Source of the DNA: Oligoflexales bacterium | GTDB lineage: Bacteria; Bdellovibrionota_B; Oligoflexia; Oligoflexales; JAPPIL01 | NCBI GenBank assembly: GCA_965215515.1 | Contig: OZ244057.1 | Coordinates: 416,001-480,000, forward strand | Length of the DNA: 64,000 nucleotides | Direction of reading: 5' to 3' | The notes under the pieces: model-generated | Told to the model about the DNA's origin: nothing | Databases searched by the model: none | Seen by the model: the letters and a program-made list of their open reading frames with translations, nothing else | Shown here: in pieces, positions 56,221 to 64,000 of the stretch | Numbering within the stretch: the first letter of the stretch is position 1 | How the letters are laid out: every line of letters starts with the position of its first letter | Position numbers and translations under genes: made by a program

Positions 56221-57287
56221 TGCAAGACGAACATGTTTATGCGGTGGTGTTAGCAGGCGGAAGCGGAACGCGTCTATGGCCTGCGTCGCGGCGTGCGCGC
56301 CCCAAACAATTCTGTCGCATCGGCGGCGAGAAGACGTTGTTGGAACAGACGTTGTTGCGTCTCGATGGTTGTGTGCCCGCGGCGCGGCGGTTGGTGGCTA
56401 CTCGACAGGAGCAGTATGAGTGCACCGCACAAATCGTGCGGGTGGGGGAAGGAAGTGCGCTGGCCGCGGAGATCGTCGCAGAGCCTGTGGGGCGGGGGAC
56501 ACTCGCCGCGGTGAGTTTAGCGACGCTGGCCTTGGCGGCACGTGATCCGCACGCGGTGGTTATTTCTTTGCATGCTGATGCGTTTATTGCGGATGTGTCT
56601 GCTTTGCAGCACACCCTTGTCGCTGCGGTGCAGGCGGCACGGCACGGTTATTTGGTGTTGCTCGGTGCTAAACCGCGTTATGCTGCGGTGTGTTACGATT
56701 ATATCGAGCGTGGGCGGCAGTGTGCTGAGCAGGCGGGGGTTTATCGAGCGCGGGTTCATTATCGCCCTGCACCCAGTGAAGCTGCGAGCTATGCGCAGAG
56801 AGATGATTATTTTTGGAACAGCGGCATTTTCGTGTGGCGGGCAGGGTTTTTCTGCCAGCAGCTGAGGGTTTTACAGCCACGGGTGGCGAAATCTTTGGCG
56901 GCTTGCGTCGCAGCACGGGGGAGCGTTGTTTCTTCGCTGTTGTGCAAAAATTACCCTCTTGTCGCAGAGATGTCGATCGATGCGTTTTTGGCGCAGAGCC
57001 GTCACTGTGTGATGTTGCCTGTGGATTGTGGGTGGCTGGACATCGGCAGTTGGGATATGTTCGCGCAAGCTTTCCAGACCGATAGGGACGGCAATCTTTC
57101 CTTTGGTGCGGTGTTGATGCGTGATTGTCGCGGCACGACGGTAAAGACAGACGGGATACAGGTAGCTGCACTGGGGCTACAGGATGTGGTTGTCGTCGTG
57201 ACGGACGACGCGGTGCTGGTGTGTGCGAAGGAGCGTGCCCAGGAGGTGCGCACCCTCGTGGCCTGCTTGCCTGATGCTGTTGTCTAG
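56217..57287 (+). CDS. manC: Mannose-1-phosphate guanylyltransferase
   Basis: VVLAGGSGTRLWPASR...PKQF, EPVGRGT, WNSGIF, W.DIGSW. Confidence 0.9.
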   Translation: MMQDEHVYAVVLAGGSGTRLWPASRRARPKQFCRIGGEKTLLEQTLLRLDGCVPAARRLVATRQEQYECTAQIVRVGEGSALAAEIVAEPVGRGTLAAVSLATLALAARDPHAVVISLHADAFIADVSALQHTLVAAVQAARHGYLVLLGAKPRYAAVCYDYIERGRQCAEQAGVYRARVHYRPAPSEAASYAQRDDYFWNSGIFVWRAGFFCQQLRVLQPRVAKSLAACVAARGSVVSSLLCKNYPLVAEMSIDAFLAQSRHCVMLPVDCGWLDIGSWDMFAQAFQTDRDGNLSFGAVLMRDCRGTTVKTDGIQVAALGLQDVVVVVTDDAVLVCAKERAQEVRTLVACLPDAVV

Positions 57288-57366
57288 GTTTTTGCCTTCC
57301 CTGTCCGCTTCTGCGGGCAAAGCAAGCCTGTGTACAGCGCTGCAAACGATAAAAAATAATGCCTGT

Positions 57367-58644
57367 CTAGCTGCCGCGCCTGAACGCAGCCCAGCCCTTG
57401 AGGTAGGTGAAGGCGGTGGTCAGCTGACGGTCTTGTTGTTGTTGGGGTGGCCAGTTTTTGATCTCTCGCAACAGACCGATGTTCTCGGAAAGATCGCTCA
57501 AATCCTGCCCCTTGATATGACGCTTCAGATCGGACTCTCTGGGACCGCGCGGCGGGGCGACGGTCGGGCCGCGGGGCACATGTATATCTGGCTCGATGCC
57601 CTTGGCTTGGATGGAACGATCGTTGGGTGTGTAGTAACGCGCCACGGTAAGTTTCAAGCCTGACCCGTCGGGTAATACGATCAGTGTTTGCACCGACCCT
57701 TTGCCGAAAGTAGTCGTACCGATGACGAGTGCACGTCCGTGATCTTGCAATGCGCCTGCGACGATCTCCGCAGCACTCGCCGTGCCGTTGTTAACCAGCA
57801 CCACAATGGGAAACCCCCGATAGGTGTTGCGCTTGTGGGCAAATTCACGCTCGATGCGGTTGCGGTCTCTGCCTACCGTAGACACGATCAAACCCGATTC
57901 GATGAACAGATCGCTGACCTTAACCGACTGCTCCAACAGACCACCTGGGTTATTGCGTAAATCAAGCACCATGCCCTTAAGTGACGCGTGCTCGGTTTGC
58001 ATAATTTTTTCTAATTCCACCCCCGTATCGCTCTGAAAACTGTTGATTTTGACGTACAATATCCCCCGACTGAGGCTCGTGGTCTGCACGGACTTGATCT
58101 TGATAACTTCCCGCACCAACTCGAAGGTCAACACCTCTTCACCGTGTCGCTTGACGACAAAGGTTACCTTGGTGCCCGCCTTGCCACGCATTTTCTTAAG
58201 AGCATTGCCGCTTCCGATAACCTCGATTTTGTGCCCATCGATGGCGACGATCTCATCGCCTGACCTGATGCCCGCCCGCGCCGCGGGCGTGCCCTCGATG
58301 GCCGAGACCACGATTAGTTTCTCACGTTCACGCGACACGATAATGCCGACACCGCCGAACTTCCCTTGCGTATCCATCGTCAGCTGACGGAAAGCTTCTC
58401 GCGGCATAATCACCGTATGCGGGTCGAGTTTGCCGACCATACCCTGCAAGGCATGGGCGATCAATTTGCTCTGTGTCACTTGCTGGGGGTCGAAATAACT
58501 CATCTCCAAAAAATAAATGACCTTTGCAAACGTCTCTAACGCCTGATAACGCCCCCCATCCGCCCGCAGCACACCGAAGTGCAACGCCAGAAAAGACACG
58601 AAGACGAGGCGGGTAAACTTGATCCGCTGAGCCATGCTCACCAT
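57367..58644 (-). CDS. ctpA: S41 family C-terminal processing protease
   Basis: LDPHT, FGGVGI (PDZ), LDLRNNPGG, TASAAEIVAGALQD, TFGKGSVQ. Confidence 0.95.
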   Translation of the reverse strand: MVSMAQRIKFTRLVFVSFLALHFGVLRADGGRYQALETFAKVIYFLEMSYFDPQQVTQSKLIAHALQGMVGKLDPHTVIMPREAFRQLTMDTQGKFGGVGIIVSREREKLIVVSAIEGTPAARAGIRSGDEIVAIDGHKIEVIGSGNALKKMRGKAGTKVTFVVKRHGEEVLTFELVREVIKIKSVQTTSLSRGILYVKINSFQSDTGVELEKIMQTEHASLKGMVLDLRNNPGGLLEQSVKVSDLFIESGLIVSTVGRDRNRIEREFAHKRNTYRGFPIVVLVNNGTASAAEIVAGALQDHGRALVIGTTTFGKGSVQTLIVLPDGSGLKLTVARYYTPNDRSIQAKGIEPDIHVPRGPTVAPPRGPRESDLKRHIKGQDLSDLSENIGLLREIKNWPPQQQQDRQLTTAFTYLKGWAAFRRGS

Positions 58645-58668
58645 CCTACCACATAGCCTCAGGCACGG

Positions 58669-59433
58669 CTATCTTTTCTGCAAGCTTTGTCGCAAAGCCA
58701 TCGCTGCCCGCCGCTCTTGAAGATTGAGTCCCGCCTGACGGCTGTAAATATCGACAGTGCTAAACGCTTGTCGCCATTTACCCACCCGCACGTAGGCATC
58801 GCTCAGGTGTCGTATAGGTTCTAGACATTTGCGGCAGAAGTTTTTCGCTTTGTTCAGCCAGGCGATAGCACCCTCATAACGCCGCTGCTGGAAGCGCAAC
58901 AACCCCATCTTCAACAGCGTCAAGTAGTAGGAGGGATTCTCTGCCAGTGCTCGGCGATAGTAGTACTCGGCACGTTTATGGTTGCCGCGCTCTTGGCAAA
59001 TAAGACCGAGATTGTGGTAAAAACGTTCGCGGCGCGGGTAGGTCTCGCTACCCTTCTCCCGTAACAGAGTGTGGAGCAATTTCTGTGCCTGCGACCGCGA
59101 GCCCGCCGCGATGAGAGCCGAGCTGAGATTTAGACCTGTCTTGGCTTTGCCGTTTTGCCGATACGCACGGCGCAAGTAGGAGATCGCCTTGCTAGGATTG
59201 TGCAGAGCGAGTTGGGTAACACCCATCAATTCTACAAAAACGATGTTATCAGGGTTTTCAGCAAGAATTTTACGCAGCTCTCCGTGCGCCTGCGACGGCA
59301 AACCTGAATTCAAATAGTTGATGATGATGTTTTTTTGGGAGGCGAGAATCTTCGCCGCATCCCGTTCGGCTCTACCGCTGGTTTGACAACTGCCCAACAG
59401 CCAGACGGCGACGGTTGCAATGATAAACGGCAT
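58669..59433 (-). CDS. TPR lipoprotein (PilF/PilW-like)
   Basis: Lipobox LLGSC; TPR motifs such as YHNLGLI and AEYYYRRALAENP. Start inferred. Confidence 0.7.
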   Translation of the reverse strand: MPFIIATVAVWLLGSCQTSGRAERDAAKILASQKNIIINYLNSGLPSQAHGELRKILAENPDNIVFVELMGVTQLALHNPSKAISYLRRAYRQNGKAKTGLNLSSALIAAGSRSQAQKLLHTLLREKGSETYPRRERFYHNLGLICQERGNHKRAEYYYRRALAENPSYYLTLLKMGLLRFQQRRYEGAIAWLNKAKNFCRKCLEPIRHLSDAYVRVGKWRQAFSTVDIYSRQAGLNLQERRAAMALRQSLQKR

Positions 59434-59512
59434 GGCGTACTCATTAGGGTTATGCTGGCGATCGGCTCTGCTTAGCATTATACCCTGTTCTCGCGACAAA
59501 GTGTGCACAACG

Positions 59513-60262
59513 ATGGCAGACACAACCCCCACCCTAGCAGAACTACTCCGCACTGCACGCATGCAGCACGGCTACAGCCGCACCCAGTTGGCGGCGGCGA
59601 CCAAAGTGCCTCTCGCCTTCATTGTCGCCGTCGAAGAAGAGGACTGCGCCGCCCTCCCCGCGGCGGTATTTTGCCGCGGTTTTCTGCGTATCCTCGCCCC
59701 GCATCTGCAACTCGACTGCGAGCATCTGCTCAATGCCTACGACACTCTGCCCCTGACTTCGGCACCCGTCAGTCCATCGCTTGTCGCACGCGACATGCTC
59801 AGCGATCTGCGCACTTACCCGTCAACAGTGCGACATCGGCAACGCTGGCTGTTCGTGCTCGCCTTCGTGTTGCTCGGTGGCACAGTTTGGTATTTTTTCG
59901 CACCGCACAAACCGCCTTCTCCCCAGTTTACCCCGCGGCACATAGCTTCGCCCCCTCCTGTCTCGATCACACCCTCTGCGGTGCGGCAAAACTTGCGCGT
60001 GCAAGTGCTGCGCCCGCTGCAGGTTGACCTAACCCTCGATGCTGAACCACATCGTACACGCCTGTTGTTACCGCAAAGTTATGAATTTACCTTCGAGCAG
60101 CGAGCACGTCTGGTGCTCAGCGATGCGACCGCGGTCAAGCTGTGGTTCAACGGCGAAACGATCGGTAACTTGGTACATGGTGAGCGACGACGAGTATTAA
60201 TCTTTCAGGCGACCACCACCGCACGGGCGGAGGAAAATGCAGATCATCATTTCCAGCGCTGA
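59513..60262 (+). CDS. RodZ-like HTH membrane protein
   Basis: LRTARMQHGYS...LP.AVFCRGFLR; one TM helix; C-terminal AVKLWFNG. Confidence 0.8.
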   Translation: MADTTPTLAELLRTARMQHGYSRTQLAAATKVPLAFIVAVEEEDCAALPAAVFCRGFLRILAPHLQLDCEHLLNAYDTLPLTSAPVSPSLVARDMLSDLRTYPSTVRHRQRWLFVLAFVLLGGTVWYFFAPHKPPSPQFTPRHIASPPPVSITPSAVRQNLRVQVLRPLQVDLTLDAEPHRTRLLLPQSYEFTFEQRARLVLSDATAVKLWFNGETIGNLVHGERRRVLIFQATTTARAEENADHHFQR

Positions 60263-61079
60263 GCTCAAGCACGTCTTGCGCACGACATCCCGCACGTTGG
60301 CCTTCGTGCCCACGATGGGGGCATTGCATGACGGACATTTAAGCCTCGTCACCTTGGCGGCGAAGAACGCCACGCACACCCTCGTCAGCATCTTCATCAA
60401 TCCCCGCCAGTTCGCCCCCCACGAAGACCTCGCACTCTACCCTCGTCCGCTTAGCGAGGATTTGGAAAAACTAAAAAAATGCGGAGTTGATTTTGTTTTT
60501 ACCCCATCTGCACAGGATATCTATCCGCACAATTTCCAAACTGCCATCATCAACGACACGCTGTCCCACGACCTCTGTGGCAAAACTCGGCCGCAACATT
60601 TCAGCGGCGTGCTGACCGTAATGCTCAGACTGCTGCTCCTCATCAACCCTCAGGTGCTAGTGCTAGGGAAGAAAGACTACCAACAACTCGTCATCATCAC
60701 GCGTCTCGTCGCTGACTTACAGCTACCCACCACCGTGCTCGCGGGAGAAACACAGCGAGATGCCACGGGTCTTGCTCTGAGCAGCCGCCTTGCCTACCTC
60801 AGCGAGACGGAGCGGCAGGCAGCCCGTGCCCTCTACCCTGCACTGTGTGCAGCTCGACAGGCCTACAGCAGCGGTGAACGCCGCAGTGCGACACTCGTGC
60901 ACAGCTGCGCCGCGTCCTTACACAAAACCCCCGCGCTACAGATCGAATACCTTGAACTGCGCGAGGGCGATGACCTCTCCCCCATCACGGCCGCGGACGT
61001 GCCACCCACCGCGGTGTTGCTGGTGGCAGCACATGTCGGCCACACACGACTGATAGATAACATCGCACTGTGCTCGTAA
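60237..61079 (+). CDS. panC: Pantoate--beta-alanine ligase
   Basis: FVPTMGALHDGHLSL, SIFINPRQF, RPQHFSGV, GKKDYQQ, GLALSSR, RLIDNI. Confidence 0.97.
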   Translation: MQIIISSAELKHVLRTTSRTLAFVPTMGALHDGHLSLVTLAAKNATHTLVSIFINPRQFAPHEDLALYPRPLSEDLEKLKKCGVDFVFTPSAQDIYPHNFQTAIINDTLSHDLCGKTRPQHFSGVLTVMLRLLLLINPQVLVLGKKDYQQLVIITRLVADLQLPTTVLAGETQRDATGLALSSRLAYLSETERQAARALYPALCAARQAYSSGERRSATLVHSCAASLHKTPALQIEYLELREGDDLSPITAADVPPTAVLLVAAHVGHTRLIDNIALCS

Positions 61080-61309
61080 TAAAAACATGAAATTGCCACT
61101 ACCAGATAAAAGAGCATAATCTCAGCTGGTTATATCAACTTTCAGCTGTTATCGGACACGATTTATCTGGTAATTTAGCTGGCGGTATTATTAAAAATAA
61201 AAAATATGGAAAAAAGTAAGAGATATCTTGATAAATTAAATATATGTGCTACGCTCGGCGGTTGCACGGTGGAGGACATTTTGGCCCTGACGCGGGTGAG
61301 GAGGTGGTT

Positions 61310-64000
61310 ATGACGAGTAAGCTCGGCGGTGTTTTTTTGAGAAACATCATGGTTTCGTTGGTCGTGGCAACCGTCGCGGTGCCGCTACAGTTGGTAGCCG
61401 CGACAGGGGCGGCACGAGGCGAGGGTGACGATCCCGCGTTCAGGAGCGGGGTGTCGTCGGCGTTGCGGGAGCAGATGGCTGTGCTACGCCGTGATCCGCT
61501 GTTGAAGGATGCGGTCGCGGGCATCGAAGGTGTCATCAGCGAGTTGGAGCAGGCCGCGGGGGACACCTACCCAGAGGATATTCCCGACCCTTTTCATCTT
61601 ACGGCACAGTATTTGCTGGAGATGCGCAAGGATGGCAACACTGGCGATCGCTACCATCTCGCGGGGACAGAGGGTGGCTTGCCGCGCATCGTTCCTCAGC
61701 CAGACCTGGTGCAGGCGGTGATCTATGACGGCAAGTTGTCCTTTCGTTACAAACACGCGCTGCATGTCATCGAGAGCATCGCACCAGAGGTGATGGCTTA
61801 CGACAATGAACTGCTGGTATTGGTTGATAAGAGCGGCGATGTTTACGCGGCTGACTTGGTGTTTGTGCGCCGTGAGCTGTTTAAAGCTCCTGTGCCTGTA
61901 TATAAAGTGGCGTTCGCTCCGCAGAACGCGCGTGGTTTGCAGCTGAGCTTCGTTACCCGCGGCTTTAGCCCCTTTGCTCACGAGCAAGGCGAGGATGGTG
62001 AGTTATTGCCCGTTGCGCCGACGCGTCGCTTCACTGCAGGCGATCTTGTCTTGTGGCGCAACGTCGATGGGGAAGACGGGCGACGGGTGTTGCTGGACGT
62101 GCTCCCGCGCGATGTTATCGTCGATACTGTTAACGACGGCAATCACTTGCTCGGCAGTCTCGCCTTCGCTCTCAGAGCGGACAACCCCGCCGCAATCTCG
62201 ACAGCACTCAACACCGAGAAGCAACAGGAAGGTCGCAAGCTACCTACAGGGGAGGTGGAACGTTACCGCGACGGGGCATCGCAGCAGGCGAAGCAAGTGT
62301 TGCAGAGCATGAACCCCCGCCGTTTACAGGCTATGATCGCTAACGATGTGCGTCGCAACAGTTATCGTGATGAGTTTACTTACGCTACCTGGCAGCGCGA
62401 TTATCTCATCATTAGAGATCAGGCTAGGACACTGAGCAAGAGGCTCGAGGGGAAGTTCATCAAGGACGCGGTCAGCAAAGAAAAACTCGCCACCCTGAAA
62501 CGACAGCTGCGTGAAGGTGATTTCGCTTCGTCATGGATTATGTTGAGCAAGCTGTATGTGAAGGAAAGCGAAGATCTGGTTATCGATCGTATCAACAGCT
62601 TGAAAACATTACACACTCCTGCCGCCAATGCACAAATCGCTGTATTGGAAGATGTCCTGAAAACAAAAGATTATCAGCGTCTGTGGGACGAACCTGAGTT
62701 GTTCACCGATACCACTGCCGATGGGCAAGTCCTCTCGCCGCTGCGCAAGAAAATCAGCCGCGCCTCCTACAAATATTTCAGCGCTGACGATCTGCGCAGC
62801 CATGCCTCGACGATTCTAGGGTTGGGAACTCTCGGGGCGGCTGGTATCGGGGCGGCGTGGGCACTGAAGGCAGGCTTCAGCCTGTCACGTTTTTGGCCTC
62901 CCAACCCCTTCAGGGCCGCGGATCTACCACCCCGCCATGAATTAGGCAACTCGCTGGACAACTATCCCTATCGCAAAATCAGGAAAGGCTACAGGCGTTA
63001 CGTGACCCGTGGCACGCTCACGGGTTTCGCCCTGATTCCTCTGGTGGCAATGATCGCCCACGTTGCCGCGCGTAGCAGTGGGCATGATTGGGATTTTCGC
63101 CGCCAACTGATGCTGATCGGGATGCGCACCTATGCCGCGGTGGCTCTCCCTCTTTGGCATTATCTCGCTAAAGCGTTGGGACAGACGACTCTGTTGCCCG
63201 CGCTGGCGACGGGTATCCCGCCGTATGCTGCTGTGAACGGCAACTCCGCGGTGGGCAGGAGTATCGGTCTTCCTCCTTCCGAGACAATTCTTGTTGGCTT
63301 GCAGACACCGCACATCCACGGCAAGGAGGCGGAAGCCATACGTCGGAAAGCGATCGCGGCCTTGCAGCAGCAGCGTGCCCGAGCTCAGGGGCTCGCTTGG
63401 GAGATGGCGGCACGCATCGTCTTGCGTGACTATTTGCAGCGACGCGGCAGTGACGCGAGGTTCGACCAAGACGCGTTCGTCGCCCACATCGACCGCAGCA
63501 GTTTCAAAGAGCAATGGAAAAAACTGGCACGCGGGCTGGAGAAAGAGGTCTACCGACTGCACACAGACGGTATCTTCCCCGACTTGCGTGCGGTGAACTA
63601 CGGGTATGTCTATGATTTTTTGCACAAGACCAAGCGACAGCTGCTGGAGACTTCCTACTACGACGGAATTGCTCACCAGGCTGGACATTGGTTTAACAGC
63701 GCAGCAGAGGCAAGCGGTAAGTTTTTCGCGACCTTTTCGACCGATAATGTCAATTTCCTCCAGCTCGCCGATCCCGATCGCTTCATCGCCTCGATAAACT
63801 GGAAATCGTTCATGATTGATTTTTTTACCGTCGTCGTTTGGGAAGCTACGTACGGCGGCAGGTCACACGTTTTCCACCGTCAAGTGTTGGACAGCGATCA
63901 TGGAGGGATCGGCAACCTGGCCGCCACCAATCGCTTCCCTTACTGGAGTCTTGAACATAGCAGCGAAGCACTCGGGCAGATCTGGGCACATCAGATTGCG
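61310..64000 (+). CDS. Large hypothetical secreted/membrane protein (at least 897 aa, truncated by the window edge)
   Basis: GAGGAGGTGG SD before ATG 61310. Manual translation is open to 64000: MTSKLGGVFLRNIMVSLVVATVAVPLQLVAA...ILGLGTLGAAGIGAAWAL...GFALIPLVAMIAH. Missing from the ORF track because it has no stop codon. Confidence 0.85.
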   Translation, partial: MTSKLGGVFLRNIMVSLVVATVAVPLQLVAATGAARGEGDDPAFRSGVSSALREQMAVLRRDPLLKDAVAGIEGVISELEQAAGDTYPEDIPDPFHLTAQYLLEMRKDGNTGDRYHLAGTEGGLPRIVPQPDLVQAVIYDGKLSFRYKHALHVIESIAPEVMAYDNELLVLVDKSGDVYAADLVFVRRELFKAPVPVYKVAFAPQNARGLQLSFVTRGFSPFAHEQGEDGELLPVAPTRRFTAGDLVLWRNVDGEDGRRVLLDVLPRDVIVDTVNDGNHLLGSLAFALRADNPAAISTALNTEKQQEGRKLPTGEVERYRDGASQQAKQVLQSMNPRRLQAMIANDVRRNSYRDEFTYATWQRDYLIIRDQARTLSKRLEGKFIKDAVSKEKLATLKRQLREGDFASSWIMLSKLYVKESEDLVIDRINSLKTLHTPAANAQIAVLEDVLKTKDYQRLWDEPELFTDTTADGQVLSPLRKKISRASYKYFSADDLRSHASTILGLGTLGAAGIGAAWALKAGFSLSRFWPPNPFRAADLPPRHELGNSLDNYPYRKIRKGYRRYVTRGTLTGFALIPLVAMIAHVAARSSGHDWDFRRQLMLIGMRTYAAVALPLWHYLAKALGQTTLLPALATGIPPYAAVNGNSAVGRSIGLPPSETILVGLQTPHIHGKEAEAIRRKAIAALQQQRARAQGLAWEMAARIVLRDYLQRRGSDARFDQDAFVAHIDRSSFKEQWKKLARGLEKEVYRLHTDGIFPDLRAVNYGYVYDFLHKTKRQLLETSYYDGIAHQAGHWFNSAAEASGKFFATFSTDNVNFLQLADPDRFIASINWKSFMIDFFTVVVWEATYGGRSHVFHRQVLDSDHGGIGNLAATNRFPYWSLEHSSEALGQIWAHQIA

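Overview
Bacterial chromosomal window. The gene content (fused secDF, type 2 IPP isomerase plus class II HMG-CoA reductase, mreBC, lptD, folC/accD, a type IV pilin) is compatible with a delta-type/Oligoflexia-like Gram-negative organism, but the taxonomy is only an inference. Housekeeping blocks flank two accessory regions. (1) At ~0-5.7 kb: a type IV pilin-like gene with a Pro-rich linker and Cys-rich tail (runs off the left edge), preceded by two tandem Rpn (PD-(D/E)XK) cassettes bounded by three ~125-bp structured direct repeats. One cassette is internally deleted but keeps its intragenic small C-terminal ORF. (2) At ~26.1-40.8 kb: an AT-rich defence island encoding an Ssp-type DNA phosphorothioation system (sspA-sspB-sspC ... 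sspD) and a convergent sspE-like DUF262/DUF1524 gene split by a single frameshift at an A7 run next to an 18-bp duplication. The island also carries a phosphorothioation-associated SAM methyltransferase overlapping the sspD stop, an orphan 826-aa GHKL ATPase and an AbiE toxin-antitoxin pair. This composite island is the best candidate for an undescribed system. Also seen: a signal-peptide-bearing methyltransferase-fold protein, a circularly permuted ATP-grasp/alpha-E/transglutaminase operon, strong patchy strand-composition skew, and an unrecognised secreted ORF of at least 897 codons running off the right edge. No rRNA, tRNA, CRISPR array or integrase was recognised. All family calls come from motif recognition by eye; no database search was run.
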